A DNA stretch of 32,000 bases from Bacillus subtilis subsp. subtilis str. 168 (GCF_000009045.1 NC_000964.3:2190001-2222000); one strand, 5' to 3'. Counted from the first letter of the stretch, positions 1 through 8,847 are shown. Made by a program: numbers and translations. Notes: generated by a model from the letters alone, not told the origin.

Positions 1-785
1 ATGAATTTAGTTAGAACAGCAATATAGTCATAAAAAACTTGATTCTGCGTTCCATTGCGTCCAGCCAGTGTAAAAGTATTAAACATTTCTCTTCGTTGTT
101 CAGTGCTTATTTCAAGTTGAATACTCATACCAGTGCTATTTTTATTAGCAATGTTCTGCTCATTTGTGCCTGCTAAACGGGAATCTTCAGACAGTAATTC
201 TGCAGAAAAGCCTGCATCGGTAAGTAATGATGTGATCTTTGCTGCTTTTTCTCTGTCTGTCCCACCAACTAAAGTGTGTTTCTTACTTGATGCATACCCA
301 TGAATTGAGATTGTTAAATCATGCTTACTCAATAAATCTAAAGCTTGAGGTTCATCGAAATTCGTACTTGTAATATGCAACTCAGAAGCTCCTGGTATCC
401 TTAAACCTTCAAATAGATAGGCAGAGTAAGACTTACTTAATTCTCTTGCAAGCTCACTAGTCCCTCCTTCAATACCTCCACCATGGGGTGCCAGAATAAG
501 CACTCTCCTGTCAACATCGGTAGTTAGAATGTTATAGCTCAAAGGTGACTCATTTTCTTTCAACTCTTCAAAATTACTATACTTATCTGCAGCTAGAACT
601 GAATTGGGATTAAACAATGCAAACAATGAAGTAACTAGGATTGGAAAAGACTTCTTGTCTGTGATATACTTATATAGCTTCGTAACCTTGCGAAGTGTGC
701 GGTAGAGAAGGACTGGCCCGCCAAAGCTTGCCTTCTCTGCCCCCTTAACTCTTTTTTCTACTATTCTGTTTTTAAACTTTAACAA
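1..785 (-). CDS. yoqZ: Poly-gamma-glutamate hydrolase family protein (PghP/UPF0714-like); 3' end cut by the window edge
   Basis: Absent from the track because its stop lies left of position 1. Hand translation gives a TTG start at 785, 7 nt after AAGGAGAG (793-800). It has a signal/TM segment KKSFPILVTSLFALFNPNSVLAADKY, then LILAPHGGGIEGGTSELA and ISIHGY motifs typical of phage gamma-PGA hydrolases. Confidence 0.7.
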   Translation of the reverse strand, partial: MLKFKNRIVEKRVKGAEKASFGGPVLLYRTLRKVTKLYKYITDKKSFPILVTSLFALFNPNSVLAADKYSNFEELKENESPLSYNILTTDVDRRVLILAPHGGGIEGGTSELARELSKSYSAYLFEGLRIPGASELHITSTNFDEPQALDLLSKHDLTISIHGYASSKKHTLVGGTDREKAAKITSLLTDAGFSAELLSEDSRLAGTNEQNIANKNSTGMSIQLEISTEQRREMFNTFTLAGRNGTQNQVFYDYIAVLTKF

Positions 786-883
786 TCAACAACTCTCCTT
801 AAATAGGTTTATTTTTATTTTTTACTTTCATCTTATAAGCAATCACATTAGTACCACCCCCTTCTCCGAATAAAAAATTACTT

Positions 884-1279
884 TTATGCAGACTCAATAC
901 TGATGCCAGTATCTTTTAACAATTCAATTTGTTCCGATGGAATATCCGATTTCACCATACTCCACCCGACTAAGGTCATTCCGTAATAAAGATCGGTTAG
1001 TTCAACTTCATCATTCAACTCACCTTTTAATCGAATCATTCGATCTTTATATTTTTCATGACCAACAATATCAAAGCTCTGATTATAAATTGCATATGTT
1101 TTACCGTTTGCTTCGTTGTCTTGATATGGGGTATAGACTGCCCTGCCGTCAGACAAGCTCGGATCAGTTTTCAACCATTCATATACCTCTTCATCAGATT
1201 GAGCAAGCAAATATGTAAAGATACCCCGCTCACTTCCCTTGGGTGCAAAGTGCTCTAACATAATTTCATATAAGTTCAT
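884..1279 (-). CDS. yoqY: Hypothetical protein, 131 aa
   Basis: Track ORF with SD GGGAGGT upstream of ATG 1279. No domain recognised. Symbol from SPbeta gene order. Confidence 0.75.
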   Translation of the reverse strand: MNLYEIMLEHFAPKGSERGIFTYLLAQSDEEVYEWLKTDPSLSDGRAVYTPYQDNEANGKTYAIYNQSFDIVGHEKYKDRMIRLKGELNDEVELTDLYYGMTLVGWSMVKSDIPSEQIELLKDTGISIESA

Positions 1280-1333
1280 TTCAATTACCTCCCTGGATTC
1301 TGGTTAAAATATCGTTTTTATCTAGATTTCTGT

Positions 1334-1555
1334 TTACTTATTTCTTCTAATTTTATTTTTATCCAACAAATCAATAATGTAAGTTTCAAACATGTCATCC
1401 CAATAAGGATCTGTTCTCGCTATGTATTTCTTTGTTCTTCCGTTCTCCTCAATCTTAAAGGTTTGCCCCTTTTGAATATCGGTGAACTTTTTCTTTCTCC
1501 ATATTCCCCTAATCAACACATCAACTTCTTTAACCTCAACTGTTTGCTGCGGCAT
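1334..1555 (-). CDS. yoqX: Hypothetical protein, 73 aa
   Basis: Track ORF trimmed to ATG 1555 (MPQQTVEV...), which has SD AAAGGAGGA 5 nt upstream. The longer track start has no SD. Confidence 0.7.
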
Positions 1556-1625
1556 CACATTCCTCCTTTTTGATTTTCGTGTATCAAGCCTGTACAATAT
1601 TCAAAAACCCTAAAGGATGATGAAC

Positions 1626-2300
1626 ATGTGTGGCAGGTTCACTTTATTTTCTGAGTTTGATGACATCATTGAGCAATTCAATATAGATCAATTCTTACCT
1701 GAAGGTGAATATCACCCTAGCTATAATGTCGCTCCTTCACAAAACATCCTGACAATCATCAACGATGGATCCAATAACCGTCTGGGCAAACTTAGATGGG
1801 GTCTTATCCCTCCATGGGCTAAAGACGAAAAGATCGGCTATAAAATGATTAATGCCCGTGCTGAAACATTGTCCGAGAAACCCAGCTTTCGAAAGCCGCT
1901 CGTAAGCAAACGTTGTATCATACCGGCTGACAGTTTTTATGAATGGAAACGCCTTGATCCAAAGACTAAGATTCCTATGCGGATTAAACTTAAATCGTCC
2001 AATCTCTTCGCTTTTGCAGGCTTATACGAAAAGTGGAACACACCAGAAGGCAATCCTTTATACACTTGCACAATCATTACAACAAAGCCTAATGAGCTTA
2101 TGGAAGACATCCATGATCGGATGCCGGTTATCCTTACTGATGAGAACGAAAAGGAATGGCTCAACCCTAAAAATACTGATCCTGATTATCTACAAAGCTT
2201 ACTGCAGCCATATGATGCTGATGACATGGAAGCATACCAGGTTTCATCTTTAGTGAATTCACCTAAAAACAATTCACCTGAGCTCATTGAATCCCATTAA
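1626..2300 (+). CDS. yoqW: SOS-response-associated peptidase (SRAP, YedK/HMCES family; abasic-site DNA-protein crosslinking)
   Basis: The N-terminus is MCGRF, and the catalytic Cys2 must directly follow Met1. I therefore moved the start from track 1617 to ATG 1626 (SD AAAGGA 1612-1617). SFYEW and HDRMPVIL motifs are present. Confidence 0.9.
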   Translation: MCGRFTLFSEFDDIIEQFNIDQFLPEGEYHPSYNVAPSQNILTIINDGSNNRLGKLRWGLIPPWAKDEKIGYKMINARAETLSEKPSFRKPLVSKRCIIPADSFYEWKRLDPKTKIPMRIKLKSSNLFAFAGLYEKWNTPEGNPLYTCTIITTKPNELMEDIHDRMPVILTDENEKEWLNPKNTDPDYLQSLLQPYDADDMEAYQVSSLVNSPKNNSPELIESH

Positions 2301-2369
2301 GTACCACTGCCATATCGCTTTATATATCACCTTCGCTTAGCTAATATGTTCTAAGTAGGAGGTGATATT

Positions 2370-3182
2370 TTGTTTGTATCGCCAATGCTATTGCATTCAA
2401 TAAAAGAGCCTTTTAACGACGAGAACTATATCACTGAGCTCAAATTTGATGGAATCAGACTCATCCTTTCTAAATTTGATAATCAGATTAAGCTATACAC
2501 TCGTCACAACAACGAAGTAACAAGTAAGTTCCCAGAACTCATGGACTTAGATATTCCAGATGGAACAGTGCTCGATGGTGAAGTTATTGTAGCTGCCTCA
2601 GGTGGTGCTCCTGACTTTGAGGCTGTAATGGAACGTTTTATGTCCAAAAAATCAGCTCATAATATTGTTTACTGTGTCTTTGATGTTATCTACAAAGACG
2701 GTCAATCAATTGCAGCTAAGCCACTCACTGAGCGTAAGACAGTTCTGAATTCACTTGAACTGGATCATCCTAATGTCTTTGTTATAGAGGGAACTCAAGG
2801 TAACGGTCTTGCTTACTTCAACCTGGCCAAAGAAAAGAATTTAGAGGGAATCGTAATCAAGAAAGCTAACTCCCCTTATGAGATCAATAAACGTTCGCAT
2901 AATTGGCTTAAAGTGATTAATTACGATTACACTGAGGTTCTCATAACTGGCTACACCAAAAAGGATATAAAATTCCTTCTGTCTTATCCTGATGGAACTT
3001 CAGCTGGATTTATGGAATTTATGCCACATGCAGAACGAACTAAGTTCCACTCTATGAAACAAGTTAAGTCTGAATCTGATGAATATGTATTTATCGAACC
3101 TATCTTATGTAACGTTAAGCACAGATTTAAGACTAAGCACGGTAAACTCCGCATACCTTCCTTTGAATCCTGGAGAGTGTAA
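2370..3182 (+). CDS. ligB: Minimal ATP-dependent DNA ligase, 270 aa
   Basis: TTG start at 2370 with SD AGGAGGTG. Motif I is ELKFDGIR (KxDG), followed by LDGEVIV, CVFDVIY, EGIVIKK and WLKV. Only the adenylation and OB domains are present. This is yoqV of SPbeta. Confidence 0.9.
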   Translation: MFVSPMLLHSIKEPFNDENYITELKFDGIRLILSKFDNQIKLYTRHNNEVTSKFPELMDLDIPDGTVLDGEVIVAASGGAPDFEAVMERFMSKKSAHNIVYCVFDVIYKDGQSIAAKPLTERKTVLNSLELDHPNVFVIEGTQGNGLAYFNLAKEKNLEGIVIKKANSPYEINKRSHNWLKVINYDYTEVLITGYTKKDIKFLLSYPDGTSAGFMEFMPHAERTKFHSMKQVKSESDEYVFIEPILCNVKHRFKTKHGKLRIPSFESWRV

Positions 3183-3247
3183 TCTCTCCGTTACATAACT
3201 TCTTAGAGCCTAGCCTTTTAAAATTCAATGAAAATTTAGTACATGGA

Positions 3248-3661
3248 TCAATTAGTATTCATCCATTCATCGAAGCTATAAGGATAATCAACAGTCTCTA
3301 TAAACCCTATTTCTTTTGCCTTCTGACGGATTTTCATACATCCTTCATAGCTGTAAGCCCATATTTCTTTATAATCCCTCAGCTCGCCGCATTTCCCTGT
3401 TATGATGAACTTTCTAAAACTGTTGACCAGTTGCCACATGTTGCCTCCATGCGAAAAGCCGTTTGGACTCCCGTATCCCATTTCATACGGATAAACGTCA
3501 TCACCCGTGTAATCATCAACGAAGAACAGTTTTTTCTTAAACCTGAAATACGCTATACGATCCTTTGACTTGCGGTAGAATGTACGATGATCAATGCTTG
3601 CAATAAGCTTTATCAGATCATTAATATCGTTCATGCGTTTTATTTGCTCTTGATTTGGCAC
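3248..3661 (-). CDS. yoqU: Hypothetical protein, 137 aa
   Basis: GTG start at 3661, 7 nt after GGAGGT. No domain recognised. Confidence 0.75.
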   Translation of the reverse strand: MPNQEQIKRMNDINDLIKLIASIDHRTFYRKSKDRIAYFRFKKKLFFVDDYTGDDVYPYEMGYGSPNGFSHGGNMWQLVNSFRKFIITGKCGELRDYKEIWAYSYEGCMKIRQKAKEIGFIETVDYPYSFDEWMNTN

Positions 3662-3826
3662 TACGGTTACCTCCTTCCATTAAAATAAATATTTTATTTT
3701 AAATGCTATTTTTCTTTAAACCTTTTTAAATTTCCAAGCTTCATTTCACCTTTATTACTGCAAGCAGGTTGTCATACGCTTGCCATATAAAAGAGACTGG
3801 ACATTTTTGTCTCGGAGGTGAAATAA

Positions 3827-3976
3827 ATGGAATTAATCTTAGATTGTTTCGTGAATTGGTCATTTGACAAAATCATGGACTACATCTTAATTGCAGGACT
3901 TTATTTTGTGTTCAAATCGAAATCTAAACAGAATTATCCTGATCACTTCGAAGAAAAACGCCGGCATAGAAATTAA
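3827..3976 (+). CDS. yoqT: Small hypothetical protein, 49 aa, one hydrophobic helix
   Basis: Untracked ORF MELILDCFVNWSFDKIMDYILIAGLYFVFKSKSKQNYPDHFEEKRRHRN. SD GGAGGTG (3814-3820) lies 6 nt before the ATG. A strong hairpin follows. Confidence 0.55.
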   Translation: MELILDCFVNWSFDKIMDYILIAGLYFVFKSKSKQNYPDHFEEKRRHRN

Positions 3977-3984
3977 TACTTTAT

Positions 3985-4021
3985 GATCGTTATCGATACG
4001 TGTGCTTTTTCGATAACGATC
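3985..4021. terminator. 12-bp-stem hairpin between convergent yoqT and yoqS
   Basis: GATCGTTATCGA (3985-3996) pairs with TCGATAACGATC (4010-4021). There is no clean U-tract on either strand. Confidence 0.45.
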
Positions 4022-4052
4022 CATCCTAATATGTTTAGTTAAAAACTATCTT

Positions 4053-4400
4053 TTATTCAATCTCTATATTCAACCCAGTTGATCCAACTTTGATTTCCCT
4101 CATCTCTCCAATCTGTGGCATATATAAATGTTTCTTTTCATTAGAAACAATTTCACCCTTCCAACAACCGTTTTGCACAAAGGATTTTGTCCCGATTGGT
4201 AAAGTTTGAAGATCTGCGTTCTCTATGTATTCTCCCTCCTCTCTATAAATATCTCCTTGTTCAGAAATCCTCCTTTTCGAAACTTTAATGTCGATTTTGT
4301 AAAGTGAATTTTCATCCTCAATCATTAATTTATATAGCCAATCAGTTATTTTTGATTGCTCTTCACTACCGTTAACCATATCGAAAATCTTCCTGTACAT
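4053..4400 (-). CDS. yoqS: Hypothetical protein, 115 aa
   Basis: Track ORF with an AAGAGGAA SD. The ATG lies 1 nt after the yoqR stop, indicating coupled translation. Confidence 0.75.
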   Translation of the reverse strand: MYRKIFDMVNGSEEQSKITDWLYKLMIEDENSLYKIDIKVSKRRISEQGDIYREEGEYIENADLQTLPIGTKSFVQNGCWKGEIVSNEKKHLYMPQIGEMREIKVGSTGLNIEIE

Positions 4401-4401
4401 G

Positions 4402-4758
4402 TCATTCCTCTTCTTTTGAAAAATACTTGTCTACCACTTGTTTTTCTAAGTAAACGACACCGTCTATCAATATGCCTCTATGTATATCTACATCTTCAAC
4501 AGTAACGGTTCCGCCTTTCCAGAAGTTATTTAGGCAATCTTCTTTAACAGTTAATGTTTGACCCTTATAATAATCATTCGAATCTTCTTTATTACTATTC
4601 AATTCAAGAATCTGGTCATTAAATTGAATTGTCACACCATCAGCAATTATCTTATCTCGCCCAACTTTACTTAGCGAATCCGCTAAAATAACAAACTCCT
4701 GATTATATTCTCCTCCATTAACATCCACTGTAATTGAGTATTGATTTCTTTTTTTCAT
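4402..4758 (-). CDS. yoqR: Hypothetical protein, 118 aa
   Basis: Track ORF trimmed to ATG 4758 (MKKRNQYS...), preceded by GGAAGGGAAATCA. It overlaps the yoqP 3' end by 41 nt. Confidence 0.7.
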
Positions 4759-5059
4759 TGATTTCCCTTCCGACCCCATCAGCTTGTCTAATAGTGTCTA
4801 ACAACTCTTTCTTCTTGAAATAGGTCTTTTCCAAACGATTTACTTCCTTTTGCAATTCAGTAGCAGCATCATACTTAACGATCCATTCTCCTACTCCACA
4901 GACTTCTCTTTGTTCTTTCTCAAACGTTTTTATGTGATGGCCTTCAAACCAAACCCTTACTCTTGTTCCGTTTTCAAATTCATTATTAAAAGCAGCTGCT
5001 TTCTCAGTTCCCGCATAAATACATTTATACTTGCTGTCATCGACTACATAAGTGTTCAT
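4718..5059 (-). CDS. yoqP: Hypothetical protein, 113 aa
   Basis: Track ORF with SD AAAGGAG upstream of ATG 5059. Confidence 0.75.
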
Positions 5060-5172
5060 TATCTCCGCTCCTTTAAATCACGATTTTAATTTAACTTTAA
5101 TGTGTATCATCTTGAGAAAATCCCCTTTAATTGGTAAACTCATACTTAACTTACATAAGAGTAGGTGATTCC

Positions 5173-5547
5173 TTGAGTAAAACAATCGGTATTACTGGAT
5201 TTTTCTTAAGCATAGTAGTGCAATCATTTTCGGCGAATGATTCGCTATCCCACAAGATCGCTACGGGTTTATTATTTGTATCAATAGCAATTTATAATTT
5301 TGACCACGCTAAAGATTATTCCAAAGCATCCCTTGTCGTAATATGCCTCACCTTTTTCGTACTTGCCTTGGGTATTCATAAGCTTCTTTCCTTTTCGAGT
5401 GACTTATTTGACAATGTGAATATAAATTTCGGAGTAATATTCATCCTCCAAATCACATTAATAATTGGATCTGTTGCAATAGCTATCAGTATAATGAAAT
5501 TTATCTGTGATCGTCTAAAAAAGAAACCTAACGGTAAAGAGTGTTAA
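5173..5547 (+). CDS. yoqO: Integral membrane protein (about 4 TM helices)
   Basis: The track ORF starts at TTG 5131 without an SD. I prefer TTG 5173 after AGGTGA (5163-5168), although the 4-nt spacing is short. The start is ambiguous. Confidence 0.6.
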   Translation: MSKTIGITGFFLSIVVQSFSANDSLSHKIATGLLFVSIAIYNFDHAKDYSKASLVVICLTFFVLALGIHKLLSFSSDLFDNVNINFGVIFILQITLIIGSVAIAISIMKFICDRLKKKPNGKEC

Positions 5548-5563
5548 TTCCTCTTTGCCTTTT

Positions 5564-5785
5564 TTATGCTAAATACTTCTTCTTATGTGGTCTTCTATGT
5601 ACAAAATCAAATGCTATATCAACTTTTGCATTTTCCTTCTCCTCTGCTACTCGCTCCGTAACAACGATTAGTTGTCCATTTTCCTGGCGGTCAATGCTAT
5701 GGACTGAATATCCTTTAGCAGCGTAATATTCTCCGATAATCTCATCAACGTGGTTGCTAAGCAGATTCCTCTTTATCACCAACAT
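5564..5785 (-). CDS. yoqN: Hypothetical protein, about 71-73 aa
   Basis: The track start (GTG 5794) lies inside the SD GTGGAGG. The real start is ATG 5785, TTG 5782 or GTG 5779. Confidence 0.65.
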   Translation of the reverse strand: MLVIKRNLLSNHVDEIIGEYYAAKGYSVHSIDRQENGQLIVVTERVAEEKENAKVDIAFDFVHRRPHKKKYLA

Positions 5786-5985
5786 AACCTCCACTTATTT
5801 TATTTTTATTCTATAGTTTTTTATGATTCCATCCTATAATCCATCTCTCCATTTGCCTTCTCATCTATCACGACATTAACCGACACACAATTTCCATATG
5901 TATGGGAGTAATTTCGCTATTTTGCCTTCTTTAAAAACCATATAATGTAATTGCAATACATTAAAAGGAAATGGAGATGGTTCAA

Positions 5986-6264
5986 ATGAAATTAAGAAAA
6001 GTATTGACTGGTTCTGTTTTATCTCTTGGATTACTCGTTTCTGCTTCTCCTGCATTCGCTACTAGCCCATCTGCTATGGTTAAAGAGAATAACATTGTTC
6101 AAGACGAAATAAGTGTGAAAGAATTGCATACAAAGTATATTTACCATCACAATATTAATGATTTTAAAAATATTGAGAAAGACGAAAACGGTAGAAACTG
6201 GTACTTAAAAGGCATTGAATATAAAGATGGATGGTATGTAGGGAAGTACCAAGCAAATTATTGA
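5986..6264 (+). CDS. yoqM: Small secreted protein, 92 aa
   Basis: Start reset to ATG 5986 (SD GGAGATGG). Signal peptide is MKLRKVLTGSVLSLGLLVSASPAFA/TS. Confidence 0.75.
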   Translation: MKLRKVLTGSVLSLGLLVSASPAFATSPSAMVKENNIVQDEISVKELHTKYIYHHNINDFKNIEKDENGRNWYLKGIEYKDGWYVGKYQANY

Positions 6265-6270
6265 TTTATC

Positions 6271-6299
6271 GAGGGGGTGTTCCCCCCTCTTTCATTTTT
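6271..6299 (+). terminator. Intrinsic terminator after yoqM
   Basis: GAGGGGG-TGTT-CCCCCCTC followed by TTTCATTTTT. Confidence 0.75.
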
Positions 6300-6388
6300 A
6301 GGAGATTTTTTGCGCTCAATGTTTTCAAATTCCCCTCTATTTACTTGTGCAAGTATCATTACAGTATCAATTATGTATTTGTTGCAGC

Positions 6389-6982
6389 CTATCCTTTTGT
6401 CCTCCATTCTGAATCTTGTCGTTCCTCTTTAAAACGATTTAGCCACTCTTTGATCTTTAGTAATCTTTCGGATGAAAAGTTTTTGTTTGATGAGTTGTAC
6501 CACTCTTCAAATGCAAAGTCGTGCTTTGAGCTATTGCAAGATTTACAAGCAGGTATGCAGTTGCTTATATCATTAGCCCCTTTGTGATCTACATGCTCTT
6601 TATGAAAATCACTTTGTATATAGGTTCCTTTGAATAATATCTTATGATCTTCAATTTTCAGCCCGCAATAGGAACACTTGTTGTTAAAATAGTCTTTGCA
6701 CTTTTGCCACTGTACATCTGTAATGTTATGTTTCTTGTGAGCATCTCTTTGTAAACGGTAGTTTTTTAATTTTAGCTTGTTCTTTTCTTGCCAGATTTGT
6801 TGTGTTTTTTTCTTTTTCAAACTTGAGTTGTATTTCTTTTTGGCCTCTTTCATCCCTGGAAGAAGATTTCTTTCCCTCATTCGTTCAAGCTGTTTGTCAT
6901 AATTCTTCAACATGCTTTCTTTAGCCTTTTTTAATACACAAGCTTTACAGTATGAATGAAGTCCATCCTTATTTTTCTTCAC
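6389..6982 (-). CDS. yoqL: HNH endonuclease-like protein
   Basis: CSYCG...EHVDHKGANDISNCIPACKSCNSSKH is a CxxC/HNH/CxxC beta-beta-alpha metal motif. GTG 6982 is the only canonical start, but the frame stays open upstream to a TAG at 7121. See the yoqK/yoqL finding. Confidence 0.75.
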   Translation of the reverse strand: MKKNKDGLHSYCKACVLKKAKESMLKNYDKQLERMRERNLLPGMKEAKKKYNSSLKKKKTQQIWQEKNKLKLKNYRLQRDAHKKHNITDVQWQKCKDYFNNKCSYCGLKIEDHKILFKGTYIQSDFHKEHVDHKGANDISNCIPACKSCNSSKHDFAFEEWYNSSNKNFSSERLLKIKEWLNRFKEERQDSEWRTKG

Positions 6983-7120
6983 AGAGTAAAAATTCTCTTC
7001 AGTTGCCGGTAACCAGCTTTTACAACTTATACAATTCTTGTGATAATATCCGTTTATTATTTTATGCTTTTTACTATCAATTAATTTTTCACCTATATTA
7101 ATTGCCCCCTGCTCTTTAGT

Positions 7121-7324
7121 CTATCTGTTAAACACATAATCATCAGTTAATTCCCTCTTGAATCGATAAAACTGTTTTATTTGATTTAGATCAATCCCAA
7201 CCCAGCAATTGTCCACCATCCACCCTTTTGGTTTTAATTCACTTACGAAATGCTTTCTGGCTTCAATATCATCAGAATATATGTACAATCGTTCTTCATA
7301 TGTTCTTTCTTCTATTAGTTTCAG
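7121..7324 (-). CDS. yoqK: Small ORF (67 codons) with no canonical start after a strong SD; possibly the N-terminal part of an interrupted yoqK-yoqL gene
   Basis: SD TAAGGAGAGGTGA (7331-7343) is followed 6 nt later by CTG 7324. The frame opens after TGA 7331-7333 and ends at TAG 7121-7123, in the same frame as yoqL. Confidence 0.4.
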   Translation of the reverse strand: MKLIEERTYEERLYIYSDDIEARKHFVSELKPKGWMVDNCWVGIDLNQIKQFYRFKRELTDDYVFNR

Positions 7325-7343
7325 AAAAGTTCACCTCTCCTTA

Positions 7344-7970
7344 TCATCCAACAAAATACGTAATATCTAATTCAAAATTAAAATCAGGATGAAGTCTCCA
7401 TAGCTGATGTCCTAAGTAAGTTTTCTTGGCGTAATTTAAGCAGTTTCTTGTACCACTTTTACTTCCATCATAAACAGCTACTATTGCCTCACTGTGATCA
7501 ATCATGTATTCATTTCGCTTTTGCATCTTAGCTGGCGAAAACTCTCCTGGTTTCTCTCCACTAACTTTATATTTATCTAATTCTTCAACATTAATAATCT
7601 CATCTGCTACATTAAGCATACGTTTGTACCACATTTTTTGGTCTGCAGACCAAACTTTATCTTGTTCTTTGAAAGGTGTGGCAATTATGTTTTTGATATG
7701 AGGGTGTTTCTTCTTTAGAATATGCACACACCAACAAGCAGCCTGATCAGTTCCTAACGCTCCTCCAGTTATAAACCTATACTTGTTTTCCTTAGTGATT
7801 AATTCTTCAATTACTGCAAGCAGCTTATCTTTGAGTTTAAGCATTGTTGGATTTTTCATATCGTATCCACCCAATTTGTTCGGCCTATGACCAGTGAAGC
7901 ACACAGTTTTCTTTCTTATAGACTCCTTTTCTTGATATATCCGCTCACGTTCATTTCTCTCAATTTCCAT
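7344..7970 (-). CDS. yoqJ: DUF1273 / YpsA-like SLOG-fold protein, 208 aa
   Basis: CFTGHRPNKLGGYD and ITGGALGTDQAA motifs are typical of the YpsA/DUF1273 nucleotide-binding family. Confidence 0.75.
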   Translation of the reverse strand: MEIERNERERIYQEKESIRKKTVCFTGHRPNKLGGYDMKNPTMLKLKDKLLAVIEELITKENKYRFITGGALGTDQAACWCVHILKKKHPHIKNIIATPFKEQDKVWSADQKMWYKRMLNVADEIINVEELDKYKVSGEKPGEFSPAKMQKRNEYMIDHSEAIVAVYDGSKSGTRNCLNYAKKTYLGHQLWRLHPDFNFELDITYFVG

Positions 7971-8069
7971 CTGCTTAATATATTCTGGATCACTAAGTTT
8001 TTTGAAATTGACTATCGGTTCTCACCCTTTCTTTAAAACAGTCTTTTTATTCAACCATTATTAACAGAC

Positions 8070-8264
8070 CTATTCATACTCAACAATGACTTCATGGTTA
8101 TCTACAAATAGATCATTCCCATTTGATAAGTGTACCCAGAAAGCTTCTTCTGGTTCTTCTCTATAGTCATAAATAGCAATTACCTTTGTATTTGATTCAT
8201 CATTTATCGGTTTACCTACAGTTATTTTTGTGTTTTCTTCAGGTAAAATAATCGATTTAATCAT
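8070..8264 (-). CDS. yoqI: Hypothetical protein, 64 aa
   Basis: Track ORF with a weak SD. Symbol from gene order. Confidence 0.6.
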   Translation of the reverse strand: MIKSIILPEENTKITVGKPINDESNTKVIAIYDYREEPEEAFWVHLSNGNDLFVDNHEVIVEYE

Positions 8265-8312
8265 TTACATCAATCCAATCCAAGTTTGTTTTACACTGTT
8301 GCCCCAAGACAT

Positions 8313-8765
8313 TCAATAACAGGACTCAATATTTTTCGTTAATATACTTGGCCCCAACTTTTGTGTGCTAGAATTTGACAGACGCACTTGCACTTTAACA
8401 TTCTTCATTTCGGCCGAAATTGTGTCAATTCTTCCCGCCCAACTAGGACTCTCTTCCTCAGGAGTAGGATAAAGTTTAAACCGCCAACTAATCTCACCTG
8501 GTTTAGTAGCAAATCCTTCGTAACTGTCGTAATTTCCAAAAGAAGAAGGTGCAGGAAGATGGACAGCAAGAATACTTATATTGGTTCTGGCAGCACTCGG
8601 TGGGTTCAATTGCACCTTATAGATTAATGCTACACCTTTAGCATTTTTAAGATTTTTATCTACCGGCTCCAGTATTACACTGCAAGGCATTGGACTGGCG
8701 TTTGTTTGAATGGGATAGGCAACAATAATACTTAAAAAGGATAAAACTAAAATAAATCGTTTCAT
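8313..8765 (-). CDS. yoqH: Secreted protein, 150 aa
   Basis: SD GTGAGGAA. Signal peptide is MKRFILVLSFLSIIVAYPIQTNA/SP. Confidence 0.75.
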   Translation of the reverse strand: MKRFILVLSFLSIIVAYPIQTNASPMPCSVILEPVDKNLKNAKGVALIYKVQLNPPSAARTNISILAVHLPAPSSFGNYDSYEGFATKPGEISWRFKLYPTPEEESPSWAGRIDTISAEMKNVKVQVRLSNSSTQKLGPSILTKNIESCY

Positions 8766-8847
8766 TGAAAATTCCTCACAATTTTTTTAGTTAATTTCCC
8801 TTATTTCTGGATTGATTATTCATTTGTATTTGATTAAAACTTCAATT

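Noticed and set aside
937-1258. Plus-strand track ORFs (937-1218, 1058-1258). Similar antisense or alternate-frame ORFs occur throughout, for example 1937-2164, 4850-5089, 5541-5726, 6231-6587, 7504-7701, 8388-8627, 9743-9952, 10058-10327, 10867-11088, 11222-11527, 11664-12038, 15905-16126, 17027-17272, 19733-19948, 23703-24106, 25881-26714, 27288-27694, 28634-28885, 30366-30629 and 31197-31406.
   Set aside because: Each lies inside a longer ORF that has an SD site, recognisable motifs or operon context. None has an SD of its own, and their sequences are low-complexity and Leu/Ser/Phe-rich, as expected for shadow frames in AT-rich DNA.
1617-1625. N-terminal extensions given by the longest-ORF track, such as MMNM-CGRF for yoqW and similar extensions on yoqX, yoqR, yoqG, yoqE, yoqD, yoqC, yopT, yopR, yopQ, yopP, yopH, yonT and yonR.
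   Set aside because: The extended starts lie inside or immediately against the SD, or have no SD at all. The internal starts have canonical 5-9 nt spacing. For yoqW, the catalytic Cys must be residue 2.
7971-8030. An SD-like AAGGGTGAG upstream of yoqJ, followed in frame by 15 codons without a canonical start (ATA at the ideal spacing).
   Set aside because: No ATG, GTG or TTG is available there. I kept the track start at ATG 7970 despite its weak SD. This may simply be a non-functional SD-like sequence.
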